A stretch of DNA of 64,000 nt from a virus. Its lineage: Duplodnaviria; Caudoviricetes. The stretch's first letter is position 1. Each line of letters opens with the position of its first letter. This document shows positions 9,928 through 19,322 of this stretch, one piece after another. The translations under genes and the position numbers were made by a program. Location of the stretch: positions 1 through 64,000 of the IMG/VR virus record IMGVR_UViG_3300013121_000039. One strand, 5' to 3'. The notes beneath the pieces were generated by a model. That model was not told where the DNA came from, made no database searches, and was given only the letters and a program-made list of their open reading frames with translations.

Positions 9928-11301
9928 CTAGAGGTTGATAGGCATCATGAACCAGCGGGTGCCCATCGTCTGGTAGTTGCTGGTAGCGACGTTGAGATCC
10001 CCGAGCGTTCCGTTGCGCCAGTTGAAGTAGAACCCGCTGGCCGCGTTGGAGTTGTAGACGGTATCGCCCATCAGTGACGTGATCGCAGTCACCAGCTGCT
10101 GGGGGCCGCTGACCTTGAAGAGGAGGTACGTGTTCCCGTCGTCCGCCGGACCGAGCGAGGCGAGATGCAGACCGCTCGGATTCATCACCGGCACCTTGAG
10201 GTGCCGGAGTTCGCCACGCTTCCCCTCATTCGCAGTGAACCCGTTGTTGGCGGCCCCGCAGTAGTAGGCATCCATCTCGCAGAACTGGAACTTGGCCCCA
10301 TCGTCCAGGTTCGTGCGATCGATGCCGAACACGTAGGACGCGCCGCGGGGGAAGAGCATGTAGCCGCAGTTGTCGTTGAAAGAGAAGGCGGCCGCCGGGT
10401 TCGTCCACATCTCACCTCCGATGTTCTTGAACATCGGCGCGGTGCCAGTCCGGTTGTTGGCCGTGCTGTAGGTGGCATTGGTGGAGGGGTAGATACCTGA
10501 GAGCTCCTGGTGCGAGCACGCCTGCACGAGGCAGGTGTTGTCCCCCACGCGCAGCGGGTTGAGGTTGCCCGTGTAGAAGAAGTCGGCGAGGTAGGTCCCT
10601 CCATCAGCAGCGTAGCCCGACACCCAGAGTCCGAGGACGTCGGGGAGGAGGAAAAGCAGGTACTGGAGACGATGCGTGCCGGCGCGCCCGGTCCCGTCCT
10701 CGTAGGCGCGCAGCTCCTCCATCGGCCCGCCGTTCGTACCGACGTGCGTGCCGGCGTTCCAGCTCTCGAAGACCTGGAGGCGAAGGCTGATGCCGTAGGA
10801 GACCGGGCGCGCGATGAGGACGTAGAAGGTCTTCTGCGAGCTCGTGCACTTGAGGACGATGTACGGCCCGCTCTTCTCGTAGACGAGGTGGTTCTGCGCC
10901 GTGCCACCCGTGTAGTTGCGGTCGAGCGTGCCGGCTACCTGCGAGGCGAGCGCCGAGAGGTAGTACCAGTTCGTCTGGTCCGTCGAGATGAAGGTGCCCG
11001 TCGTCCCACCGCCGATGATCCAGTTCCGGCGGAAGCGACCAGACGTCGTCTGGGAGATGGCCTGGCTCGACGCCGTGAAGGAGATGTTGGTGAGGTTGCC
11101 GGAAGCGTAGTTGGCTCCCGCCACGTTGGCCGCCCAGACGAGGGGCGTGAAGCCTGAACGCTGGTCGTCATGCAGCGTCCAGCCATTCTGCCCCGTGCCG
11201 ACATCCGCCACGATGTCGTCGAGGATGGTGGAGAACGTCGAGACCGGGAGCGCGGTGTAGCCGGAGGGGTAGCCGCCGGTGTGTGGGAAGAAGCCAGCCA
11301 T
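9928..11301 (-). CDS. Putative virion/tail structural protein
   Basis: 457-aa G/T/S/Y-rich ORF with strong codon bias, within the fibre operon. Confidence 0.65.
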   Translation of the reverse strand: MAGFFPHTGGYPSGYTALPVSTFSTILDDIVADVGTGQNGWTLHDDQRSGFTPLVWAANVAGANYASGNLTNISFTASSQAISQTTSGRFRRNWIIGGGTTGTFISTDQTNWYYLSALASQVAGTLDRNYTGGTAQNHLVYEKSGPYIVLKCTSSQKTFYVLIARPVSYGISLRLQVFESWNAGTHVGTNGGPMEELRAYEDGTGRAGTHRLQYLLFLLPDVLGLWVSGYAADGGTYLADFFYTGNLNPLRVGDNTCLVQACSHQELSGIYPSTNATYSTANNRTGTAPMFKNIGGEMWTNPAAAFSFNDNCGYMLFPRGASYVFGIDRTNLDDGAKFQFCEMDAYYCGAANNGFTANEGKRGELRHLKVPVMNPSGLHLASLGPADDGNTYLLFKVSGPQQLVTAITSLMGDTVYNSNAASGFYFNWRNGTLGDLNVATSNYQTMGTRWFMMPINL

Positions 11302-11307
11302 GAAGTG

Positions 11308-12021
11308 TCACCTCACGCCGAGGTCGGTGATGCGAACTTCCAGATCTGTCGAAGAGACGGCGTAGCCGAGACGGATGATGCGATTCCCGGGCACGAGCAT
11401 GTTGAAGAGGACCGGCTCGCCGGAGGAGCCGAGGAAGTACTCCTCGCCAGGCACCGCCCCAGAGAGCACATCGGTGACGGGTCCGTAGATGGCGATGGGG
11501 GCCACCTGGCCGTTCGCGACTGTGGCCGCTGCGACTCCGAAGATGGCTGCATGCACATCCGTGTCGTTGGCGCCCTGTGAGACGGTGGAGATCCCGGAGA
11601 GGTAGACCCCGCGGCCCTTGGTGACGCCAGTGCAGAGCAGATCCCGCTGCCACGTCGCCGGCAGCCAGCCGGGGAGCAGCTTCCCAGTCCCGTCAGCGCG
11701 TGGGACGAGGTTCGGGCCTGGGTTCACGTTGACGAGAGACGGGTCGAGACCTCCGCCTCCGGCGCCCCCGACCATGACGAGCGCCACACCGAGCTGTCGG
11801 AAGAAGAGCTGCCGCTCTCGACTCGCCAGTTCGAGAGGCGTGCCGTCGGCGTCGATCTCCTGCGAGTAGATGGTGGGGTCGGTGTTGAGCTGCGGGTCGG
11901 TCACCCCAGTCGTGCCGGCGCGCAGCACCTGGACCAAGGCGGCGACGAAGGCCTCGACTTGAGCGTTGTCGGCGTCGGTGATGACCACCGGCGCTGGGGA
12001 CACGGGGACTGGATTTGGCAC
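11308..12021 (-). CDS. Virion protein with C-terminal DUF2190-like domain
   Basis: NLVPRADGTGKL linker, then KGRGVYLSG..IFGVAA..GAVPGEEYFLG. Confidence 0.65.
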   Translation of the reverse strand: MPNPVPVSPAPVVITDADNAQVEAFVAALVQVLRAGTTGVTDPQLNTDPTIYSQEIDADGTPLELASRERQLFFRQLGVALVMVGGAGGGGLDPSLVNVNPGPNLVPRADGTGKLLPGWLPATWQRDLLCTGVTKGRGVYLSGISTVSQGANDTDVHAAIFGVAAATVANGQVAPIAIYGPVTDVLSGAVPGEEYFLGSSGEPVLFNMLVPGNRIIRLGYAVSSTDLEVRITDLGVR

Positions 12022-12257
12022 TACCCGGCTCCTCTGACTGCCTCAGGGGTTCGGTAGAAACCCCGCACCCACTGCGGATCGATGCGCGTGCCGCAGAAGG
12101 GACAGTACTTGAGAGGAACCAGGAAGGAAATCCTTGGATCGACTTGCGACGCGACTCGAATGGAGAAGCGGTCGCTGCGGTAGGAAGTGGTGACGAGGGC
12201 GTCGATGGCAGCCTGCATGTAGTCGCAGGGACTGCGGTCACACACGGAGGTTGCCAT
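12021..12257 (-). CDS. Small zinc-ribbon protein
   Basis: N-terminal Cys pair plus YCPFCGTRI. Translationally coupled. Confidence 0.6.
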   Translation of the reverse strand: MATSVCDRSPCDYMQAAIDALVTTSYRSDRFSIRVASQVDPRISFLVPLKYCPFCGTRIDPQWVRGFYRTPEAVRGAG

Positions 12258-12565
12258 CAGCCGTTCTCCTTGGCGGCGTCCCGCCGGCGCAGGTACTCCA
12301 TGATGTCAGACTCCGCATCCCCCTGCGCCTGGAGCAGCTGGATGGCCTCCTCCTCCGGCCTCACGTGAAGCTCTGCGTCGGTGAGCCTCGGCTTCTTCTT
12401 CACCTCGATGAAGGAAGACGGAAGAAGATGCACACGGCCGAGAACGTCGACCATGAGGACTGCGACCTGGGACTCCTTCAACGCCTTCGCCACGGTCATG
12501 CCGGCGATGTACACGCTCGGCCGGTCCCCACTCGCGAGACGGTCCAGCAGCAGCTCCTCTTCCAT
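12257..12565 (-). CDS. Hypothetical protein
   Basis: GGAGG RBS. Coupled to the next gene (TGATG). Confidence 0.65.
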   Translation of the reverse strand: MEEELLLDRLASGDRPSVYIAGMTVAKALKESQVAVLMVDVLGRVHLLPSSFIEVKKKPRLTDAELHVRPEEEAIQLLQAQGDAESDIMEYLRRRDAAKENG

Positions 12566-12770
12566 TCGACCTCCCCACTCACCGGTACCACTCGACGATG
12601 CTGCCGTTCCGTGTACCCCGTTTGGAGGAAAACAGGCTTCCCATCTGGCGTCAAGGCCACCCGTCCGTGGTATGGTCCTATGTCAACGGAAGCCAGCTTT
12701 CCAGTACCCCCAGATAGGCAAGCCACGGGGCGCGGAGCATCTTAGCGCACCTCTCCACCGAGGGCGAAGA

Positions 12771-12935
12771 ATGGCTGCAAATGACCCCAGGGTGGAGTTC
12801 CGCCCGTCGACCGCTCTTCGAGACAAGCTGGAGACGTACCGAGAAGAGATGTCGAAGAAGGCTGGGAAGCGGGTCTCCTTGAGCAAGGTCGTGGCAGCCA
12901 TCCTCGAAGAGTTCTTCGAGCTCCCAAGAGACTGA
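12771..12935 (+). CDS. Ribbon-helix-helix-like DNA-binding protein (54 aa)
   Basis: MAANDPRVEFRPSTALRDKLETYREEMSKKAGKRVSLSKVVAAILEEFF: a beta-strand followed by two helices with the S-L-S-x-V-V RHH pattern. Real start lies inside track ORF 12381..12935. Confidence 0.6.
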   Translation: MAANDPRVEFRPSTALRDKLETYREEMSKKAGKRVSLSKVVAAILEEFFELPRD

Positions 12936-13021
12936 CTTCTTCGCTTGCCTTCTTCTCGAAGAGTGCTAAGAGAAGAAGCGAAGAGCAGTCACCCCAAACA
13001 AGAAGTCGAAAGGAAGACCAC

Positions 13022-13588
13022 ATGCCTCGTGGCGTCTACCCCCGGAAGAAGAAGGAAGGCACCCCCATCGCCCCGACCGCCAAGGCTCCCAAGGCGGCCA
13101 AGCTGACCAAGGCGGTCAGCAAGCTGACCGCCACCGAGCTCTCGGAGAAGGTGGAGACGCTCCCCACCAAGCAGTACGACGAGGCCGGCAGCTTCGGCTT
13201 CAAGAGCTACGACTCGGGCCCGCGCAGCCTCTACGACCACCTCGGGCACCTCACCCAGGCCCGGCTCACGGTGAACAGCCAGCCCGCCGGCCACAACGAG
13301 AAGCTCCTCTCCGTCCTGGACGAGGAGATCATGGAGACCATCTCCTCGCTGAAGGCCTGGCGCCAGGCGGCCTACGCCCCGGCCGTCACCATCACCGGGG
13401 CCCAGCCGGCCATCCAGATCGCCGCGGCCGAGGACAAGCCGGCCCAGGCCGTCGCCGTCCCCGCGGTCGAGCGCCCGGCGCCGCCGCCCGCGCCCGTCGC
13501 CACGCCCGCCCCGGCCCCGACCGCCGCCGTGCCGCCCCTGCCCTTCACCCCGCAGGCGGTCCAGGAGGTCATGAAGCACCAGGCCTAG
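13022..13588 (+). CDS. Hypothetical protein with basic N-terminus (MPRGVYPRKKK) and Pro/Ala-rich C-terminus
   Basis: AAGGAAG RBS, strong GC3 bias, followed by a terminator. Confidence 0.75.
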   Translation: MPRGVYPRKKKEGTPIAPTAKAPKAAKLTKAVSKLTATELSEKVETLPTKQYDEAGSFGFKSYDSGPRSLYDHLGHLTQARLTVNSQPAGHNEKLLSVLDEEIMETISSLKAWRQAAYAPAVTITGAQPAIQIAAAEDKPAQAVAVPAVERPAPPPAPVATPAPAPTAAVPPLPFTPQAVQEVMKHQA

Positions 13589-13613
13589 CCTGAACGCTAC
13601 CTGACCGGAACTG

Positions 13614-13648
13614 AGGGGGCCCGGGCCACTCCGGGCCCCCTTTCTCTT
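13614..13648 (+). terminator. Intrinsic terminator
   Basis: Perfect 11-bp stem AGGGGGCCCGG/CCGGGCCCCCT followed by TTCTCTT. Confidence 0.7.
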
Positions 13649-13704
13649 CCCTCTCAGACACACCGCAGCAGAGAATCACCCAGTCCATCCAGGAGCGGGG
13701 AACG

Positions 13705-13911
13705 ATGCGCGGCACGGTGAAGTGGTTCGACGAGAAGAAGGGCTACGGCTTCATCAAGCCGGACGACGGGCCGAAGGACATCTTCGTGCACCACTCCTCC
13801 ATCAAGATGGAGGGGTTCCGCACTCTCGCCGAGAAGCAGCGCGTCGAGTTCGAGGTCGAGCAGGGGCCCAAGGGCCTCCAGGCCACGAACGTCCGCGTCC
13901 TCAAGAGCTGA
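13705..13911 (+). CDS. cspA: Cold-shock domain protein
   Basis: GTVKWF..KGYGFI (RNP1), DIFVHHS (RNP2), [25 protein letters not shown]. Confidence 0.95.
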   Translation: MRGTVKWFDEKKGYGFIKPDDGPKDIFVHHSSIKMEGFRTLAEKQRVEFEVEQGPKGLQATNVRVLKS

Positions 13912-13953
13912 GACAAGAGAAGGCCGGCCGCCTCACCCCGAAGCGGCCGGCCT
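13912..13953 (-). terminator. Hairpin terminator between convergent csp and tail tube genes
   Basis: 11-bp stem AGGCCGGCCGC/GCGGCCGGCCT (13921-13953). Pyrimidine run TCTCTTGT follows on the minus strand. Confidence 0.6.
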
Positions 13954-13984
13954 CCATGTACCCTCCGTGCCTCGCGGAGGGGCC

Positions 13985-14692
13985 TTACGCGACCGCTGCC
14001 TCGGCGGTGATGAGCGCGAGGGCCGGCACGTTGATGGGGACCACGCGCTCGGGCTGGAGGGCCACCTGCTCCTGCACCACGACGCCCTGGGCGTCGGTGG
14101 CGATGGAGTGGGAGGGGATGTACGTCTCCTCCAGGTAGAAGGCCGCCAGCGTCGCCTCGTTGGAGTCCTTCATGTAGACGAGGAGTCCGCAGGGCTGGCT
14201 GAAGAGGTCGGAGGCCAGGTTGAGGTAGATGTTCTCGAAGCCCGGCGGGATCTTCACGTCGTGCTGGTTGGCGACCGCGCCGGCGATGTTCGGGTCCACC
14301 CCGAAGGTCGGGATGATCGTCGACGGGATCTGGTCGTCGTAGAAGCTGTAGAGCATCCGGAGGATCGACGGGCCGTGGTAGAGCACCCGCCCGAAGCCGG
14401 CCTGCGCCACGGTGCGCCCCGAGATGAAGTACGACCGCTCGGAGCCGAGCTCCCAGAAGCGGGCGAACTGCTTGTTGTGGGCAAGGTTGAAGCTCTGGAC
14501 GATGCCGATGGGCAGCGCCCAGTTCTTGTTCCCCACCGATTCGGCGGCCGCAGAGACGCCACCGACCGCCGAGAGCCTCGGCGGGCCGGCAGCGATCATG
14601 GTCATCGCTCCGGAGGCGAAGCGCCCCTCGCCCAGGGCCGACGAGTTGTCGACCTTCTGCTCGTAGGGGTTCCAGTTGGTGATCGTGGCCAT
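13985..14692 (-). CDS. Tail tube protein
   Basis: Downstream of the sheath. PIGIVQSF..ELGSERSYFISGRT..R pattern resembles contractile tail tube proteins. Confidence 0.7.
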   Translation of the reverse strand: MATITNWNPYEQKVDNSSALGEGRFASGAMTMIAAGPPRLSAVGGVSAAAESVGNKNWALPIGIVQSFNLAHNKQFARFWELGSERSYFISGRTVAQAGFGRVLYHGPSILRMLYSFYDDQIPSTIIPTFGVDPNIAGAVANQHDVKIPPGFENIYLNLASDLFSQPCGLLVYMKDSNEATLAAFYLEETYIPSHSIATDAQGVVVQEQVALQPERVVPINVPALALITAEAAVA

Positions 14693-14713
14693 TGGCTGCT
14701 CCTACCCCGGCAC

Positions 14714-15238
14714 TTACGGGGTGACGGTGACGGTGATGGTCCGCTGGACCGGGGTGGCCGCAGCGTGGTTCGGGTCGCCGAGCTGCTGCGCCTCGATCAC
14801 CACGTCCCCGGCGGTGTCGACCGTGAGGTTGGCGCCGTCGAGCGTGGCCGTGCCGCTCACCAGGACGAAGGTGACCGGGAGACCGGAGTCGCTGGTGGCC
14901 ACCAGGGCGACGGTCGCCTCGGTGTCCGGGCCGACGATGTCGATCTGGGCCGGCTGGGCGAAGGTGATGACCTGCGCCAGCTTGTCGGTGGTGATGGAGT
15001 TGAGGCCGGCGCAGATGGCCTCGCCGGCCCGAGCGAGCCGGTTCACCAGGGCCCGCGCCGGGATCGGCGCGTTGGTGCCCTTGACGTGGCGCAGCGCCAT
15101 GGCGTCGCCCCGCTTGGCCAGGCTCTCCATGAGCATCTGGTCGCGCTGGGTCGACTGGAAGAGGATGTTGCGCGCGAAGGAGTCGCCGCGCCGGGCGAGG
15201 TTCGCGATCAGGATCGACTCACGCTGCGAGAGCGCCAT
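14714..15238 (-). CDS. Ig-like domain virion protein
   Basis: C-terminal AQVITF..LVATSDSGLPVTF..SGTATLDG..LTV..AGDVVIEAQQLGD..AAATPVQRTITV is a bacterial Ig-like repeat. Confidence 0.7.
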   Translation of the reverse strand: MALSQRESILIANLARRGDSFARNILFQSTQRDQMLMESLAKRGDAMALRHVKGTNAPIPARALVNRLARAGEAICAGLNSITTDKLAQVITFAQPAQIDIVGPDTEATVALVATSDSGLPVTFVLVSGTATLDGANLTVDTAGDVVIEAQQLGDPNHAAATPVQRTITVTVTP

Positions 15239-15248
15239 GGGTTGCTCC

Positions 15249-18200
15249 TCAGACCACCAGGGTCAGCTTGATGTAGTTGCAGGGGAACGGCACGTCGAGG
15301 GTCACGTCGACGTAGACGGTGTCCGGGCTGGCCTCATCCTGGATGATGTTGTTGATGAAGAAGCCGTTGAGGATGCCGTTCTCGACGAGGAACTGGAGCA
15401 TGCCCGTGAGCGTGGTCGCCACGGAGTCCAGGAAGACCTTGTTGATGTTCTGCCGGCCGATGTACCGGCGCACGCCGGCGCGGAGGAACTTCGAGGTGAA
15501 GTCCACCACCTTCGTGATCGAGAGCTCGCGCGTCTCGACGCTGGAGGTGTCGGTGGAGAGCTGGTGCCGGCAGAAGACCGGCCCGTTCTGCACCTCCTGC
15601 ATGAGGATGAAGGTGCCGCCACCGGCCATCACGTTGAGCTGGCGCCGGGTGAAGTTCGAGACCCCGGTCACCCCGGTGAAGCCCGCCACCGGGTAGTTGG
15701 TGAGGCCCTGCTGCGGCGGGACCGAGGCGATGAGCCCGGCGTAGGCCGCGCAGGCGTAGTAGCCCGGCACGCTCTTCTCGATGCCGCTCAGCGTCGTCTT
15801 GAGCGCCTCGGGGAAGAACGAGTAGGCCCGGCGGTTGCCGTAGCCCGTGTTCCCCTCGGCCACCGTGGAGGCGACGAGGGAGTAGTCGGGCTTGGCCGGG
15901 TTGGACCCCGGGATCATGAGGGACGCGCCGCGCACCTTCATGGCCCAGGAGAGGTTGAGCAGGCCGCTCGGGAGCGCGCCCGTCGTGTAGAAGAGGTCGT
16001 CGTTCTCCCCGGCCGCGAAGGAGCGGTTCAGGTTGGCGAGGCCGCCCGAGACGCTCGACACGTTGTAGCGGTAGAAGGCGCCCTCCCAGGAGAACTCGAC
16101 GTAGACGCCCGCCGAGACCGGGATGGCGACTGCCGGGTTGACCCCCGCCTCGATGAGGCCCTGCTGCGGGGTGGTGTCGAGGAGGAGCTGGTCGGGGAGC
16201 GCCGTCCCCGAGGCGTCCGTCCCGCTGGCCACCGACTTGGGGCTCTTCCGGGTGGGCTGCTTCTTGTTGAAGAGCAGGATGCGCTCGCCCGTCTGCTCGG
16301 GCTCGCTCATCAGGGTCACGTGGGTGTTGAAGAGCCCGTGGACCACCTCGTTCTGCGTGAGCGGGGCGATCGCGTAGACCTCCTCGGCCTCCAGCATCGC
16401 CGCCGCCCGGGCGTAGGCGAGCTCGGTGCCCTCGGGGGCGGCCCCCGAGACCTCGTCCACGCCGAGGAGCTTCACCTCGAAGGTCGGGGCGTTGAGGAGG
16501 GCGAAGTACCCGCCCAGGGCCAGGGGGTTGGTCATGTCGACCGGGTCGAGCACCGAAGTGAGGGTGTCGACGTCGGAGAGGCGGACGATGCCAGGGTCCA
16601 CGGCCGCCGGCGAGACGTCCTTCCGGAGGGCCTTGAACTGGATGTAGAGCGAGGCCGGGCTGGTGCTGGGGTCGAGCGGGAACCCGGTGACCGGGTCACG
16701 CACGAGGTCCGGACCCACCACCAGGTTGCCCGAGACGTCCAGGTAGGCGTCCGGGTTGGGCCGGCCGGAGCCGGCATCGGTGGCCGCGGCGGCGAAGCCG
16801 AGCTGGGTGTTGGCGCTCGTGACGGTGACCTCGGAGGCCAGGCCAGCGAGGGTCGAGGTCAGGACGATCTTGGTGCCGTTCCCGTCCGCGGCCGCCACGG
16901 TGGCGCCGACCGCCGCGTTGATGGCGGCGATGGCCTCGGGGAGCGAGGTCGAGAGGAAGGACACCTCGTAGACGTGCGCCCCACCGTCCAGCGTGAAGGA
17001 GAGGCCCGTCCCGGTGAGGTTCGCGACCGCCGCATCCACGCCCGTGGCGCTGGTGTCGGCGCCGGTGTCGAGCCCGAGGACCGAGTTGGCCGAGCCGGTG
17101 GACTTGATGGTCACCGACTGGCCAGAGCCCTTCCCCACCGTGGTGAAGCGGAGTGCGCCGGCGTTGGAGTCCACCACCAGGCCGTCGATCACGACGTCCG
17201 ACGCCACCGCGCCCATGGTGGTCCGGGAGGCGGTCGAGGTGAAGGTGAAGACGCCGGTGCTCTCCACGCCGTCGATGGTGAGGAGGTACTCGATCTGGAG
17301 CCCGGAGAGGACCACGCCACCCGAGATGTCCGGCGCCGAGGTGCCCTCGACCGACGCGGCCGTGGCAGCCGAGGCGGTGTTGGTCATGGTCAGGGACGCC
17401 GCCACGGCAGCCGTGGTCGGCGAGAGCCCGGTGGCCTTGAACCACACGTAGGCCGGGGTGAAGGGGGTCGAGTCGATGTCGCGGCCCAGGGCCACGTCGT
17501 CGTAGACCTTGGAGGTGTAGCGGCCCTGCTCGTCGGCGACCGAGAGCGTGGCGTTCACCGTCCCCATCTTGAACTTGCCGCTCTCGACGTGGGCGACGTC
17601 GGAGCCGATGCGGACGCCGTCGGCGATGAGCTGGTCGCCCTTGGCGATGGGGATCAGGTTCCCGGCGCCGAAGGTGAGCGCGGTCCTGCGCACGGTGAGC
17701 GCCGTGCCGCCGAGGACCGGCAGGTGCCTGGCCGCCGCTGCCCAGGCCCCGTCGGCGGCCGAGACGCCGTTGGCGAGGTAGTCGCCGCGGTGGAACTCGA
17801 CCCAGGACGACTTGGTCGAGACCTGGGAGGCCGCGTAGGCCCGGTACCCGGCGCCCTCGATCCGCTGCTCCTCGCCGGTCGTGTTCCAGCCGAGACCCAG
17901 GGTCTCGTTGGCCGTGCCGCCGGCGCGGATCGTGAGGCTCGACCTGGCGCCGAAGGTGGGGGAGGTGATGGTGAAGCCGGTCGGGTCGTTGTTGCCGTCG
18001 ACCGTCACCTCGGCGATGTCGAAGCCGAAGGCCGTGTTGATGGTGTCCACCACCTGCTGCGCCGTGAGGGGCGCTGCGCCGGCGAAGGTCACCGTCACGT
18101 CGTCCGTCGTGTCCAGCCGGGTGGGCTGGTCGACGGCGAGGACGAGGCTCTTGCCCTGGACGGCGAAGCTGGTCCCGGTGGCCACGAACTGGGCCTTGGT

Positions 18201-18554
18201 GGCCACGTGGCTGGCGACGAGGAAGCCCTCGCCGGGATCCATGGGGAGCTCGGTCAGCTTCCCGCCGGTCAGCAGGAAGGGCCGGATCGAGTCGAGCTGG
18301 ATGTCCAGCTCGTCGATGTTGCCCCTGGGGTCAGGGAAGGAGCTGTGGGTGATGACCTTGGCCAGCTGGGCGTAGGCGCCGTACTTCGCCTTCGCGTTCA
18401 GCTGGCTGTCCGAGGTCAGCGCGTTGATGACCTCGAACGCCGGTCCGACCACGACTGGCGAGAGCGTCGGACGGCGGATCGTCGGCGAGCGCTGGCGAAC
18501 CTTCTGGAGCACTTCGACGCCGGGCCGGGCGATCTCGGTGGTGGAAGCCATCAT
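15249..18554 (-). CDS. Tail sheath protein (1101 aa)
   Basis: N-terminal RPGVEV. C-terminal RELSITKVVDF..RYIG..DTVYVDVTLDVPFPCNYIKLTLVV sheath signature. Confidence 0.88.
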   Translation of the reverse strand: MMASTTEIARPGVEVLQKVRQRSPTIRRPTLSPVVVGPAFEVINALTSDSQLNAKAKYGAYAQLAKVITHSSFPDPRGNIDELDIQLDSIRPFLLTGGKLTELPMDPGEGFLVASHVATKAQFVATGTSFAVQGKSLVLAVDQPTRLDTTDDVTVTFAGAAPLTAQQVVDTINTAFGFDIAEVTVDGNNDPTGFTITSPTFGARSSLTIRAGGTANETLGLGWNTTGEEQRIEGAGYRAYAASQVSTKSSWVEFHRGDYLANGVSAADGAWAAAARHLPVLGGTALTVRRTALTFGAGNLIPIAKGDQLIADGVRIGSDVAHVESGKFKMGTVNATLSVADEQGRYTSKVYDDVALGRDIDSTPFTPAYVWFKATGLSPTTAAVAASLTMTNTASAATAASVEGTSAPDISGGVVLSGLQIEYLLTIDGVESTGVFTFTSTASRTTMGAVASDVVIDGLVVDSNAGALRFTTVGKGSGQSVTIKSTGSANSVLGLDTGADTSATGVDAAVANLTGTGLSFTLDGGAHVYEVSFLSTSLPEAIAAINAAVGATVAAADGNGTKIVLTSTLAGLASEVTVTSANTQLGFAAAATDAGSGRPNPDAYLDVSGNLVVGPDLVRDPVTGFPLDPSTSPASLYIQFKALRKDVSPAAVDPGIVRLSDVDTLTSVLDPVDMTNPLALGGYFALLNAPTFEVKLLGVDEVSGAAPEGTELAYARAAAMLEAEEVYAIAPLTQNEVVHGLFNTHVTLMSEPEQTGERILLFNKKQPTRKSPKSVASGTDASGTALPDQLLLDTTPQQGLIEAGVNPAVAIPVSAGVYVEFSWEGAFYRYNVSSVSGGLANLNRSFAAGENDDLFYTTGALPSGLLNLSWAMKVRGASLMIPGSNPAKPDYSLVASTVAEGNTGYGNRRAYSFFPEALKTTLSGIEKSVPGYYACAAYAGLIASVPPQQGLTNYPVAGFTGVTGVSNFTRRQLNVMAGGGTFILMQEVQNGPVFCRHQLSTDTSSVETRELSITKVVDFTSKFLRAGVRRYIGRQNINKVFLDSVATTLTGMLQFLVENGILNGFFINNIIQDEASPDTVYVDVTLDVPFPCNYIKLTLVV

Positions 18555-18563
18555 CTACTCCTT

Positions 18564-19322
18564 TCACTTCCGGGGCTTCTGGGTGATGGCCCCAAGAGGC
18601 AGCACCCGTTGCGTGAGAGAGAACACCTTGGTCGTCTTCAGAACTCGTCCGCCGTAGGACGGAGGACGCAGTGAAGAGGCCTGCGACTCCGACTGGCTCA
18701 CAGCCTCAGAAGTTAGTCTCAGGTCGAGCCCTTTGAGAAGGAGATTGTCGATCGGAGCGATGCTGTAGGTGTCCTGGAAGAAGAAGGGCACCATCACCTG
18801 CACCGCGCGGTAGCCCTTCGCGTCAGGGATGATCCGCTCGGCAGGCATCTCAGCGCTGTATCCGACGTTCTCTCCCACCCTGTGCATCCCGAGACGCATG
18901 AGATGCCGCTTCAGGGTGCGCGTGGCGTAGCCGGCGATCCAGGCCAGCCTCTGAGCCTCCAACCCTTCCCGCGACAGGCAGGAGTAGAGCATCGCCGAGG
19001 CGACCAGATCGGTGTGGGACCTGGCCCCCGTGGCGAAATCGAAGCTCTTGAACTGGTCCATCGAGACGTTGAGCCAGTCCGCCTGCCCGCGCATGCACAC
19101 GATGCTCGGACGCTTCTCGGCGGCCGGGTTGTTCACCGTGAACTGGTCGGAGATGGTGATGTCCGTCTGCTCCAGGTCCGGCTCCCAGCGGTAGGACCCC
19201 TTCTCGAAGGAGTGGAAGACCACTTGGAGAAAGCGGACGAAGACCTTCGTGAAGTGGAAGAGCGGATCCTCTCCCACAGCCTGCGGCTGCACCTCGCCCG
19301 TGGTGGTCTTCGGCTCACTCAT
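18564..19322 (-). CDS. Putative tail terminator/neck protein
   Basis: Immediately upstream of the sheath. RPSIVCMRG and alpha/beta pattern of tail-completion proteins. Confidence 0.5.
   Translation of the reverse strand: MSEPKTTTGEVQPQAVGEDPLFHFTKVFVRFLQVVFHSFEKGSYRWEPDLEQTDITISDQFTVNNPAAEKRPSIVCMRGQADWLNVSMDQFKSFDFATGARSHTDLVASAMLYSCLSREGLEAQRLAWIAGYATRTLKRHLMRLGMHRVGENVGYSAEMPAERIIPDAKGYRAVQVMVPFFFQDTYSIAPIDNLLLKGLDLRLTSEAVSQSESQASSLRPPSYGGRVLKTTKVFSLTQRVLPLGAITQKPRK

Noticed and set aside
12649-12686. TTGACA/TTGACG -35 boxes on the minus strand
   Set aside because: No TAnnnT -10 element at 16-18 nt spacing.
12936-12985. GCTAAGAGAAG as an ATAAG-type promoter
   Set aside because: The core differs (CTAAG) and lies in the loop of an imperfect inverted repeat. 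The downstream unit lacks the TTAGC terminator.
13985-18554. Tailocin/eCIS/T6SS interpretation of the sheath, tube and spike
   Set aside because: Capsid, portal, protease and terminase genes are present, so this is a complete phage morphogenesis set.
14676-18674. Very long plus-strand ORFs (also 45557..50068, 50084..52654, 31213..33807, 2230..3813, 22290..24209)
   Set aside because: Antisense shadows of GC3-biased minus-strand genes. They are R/G/V-rich with no motifs or RBS.
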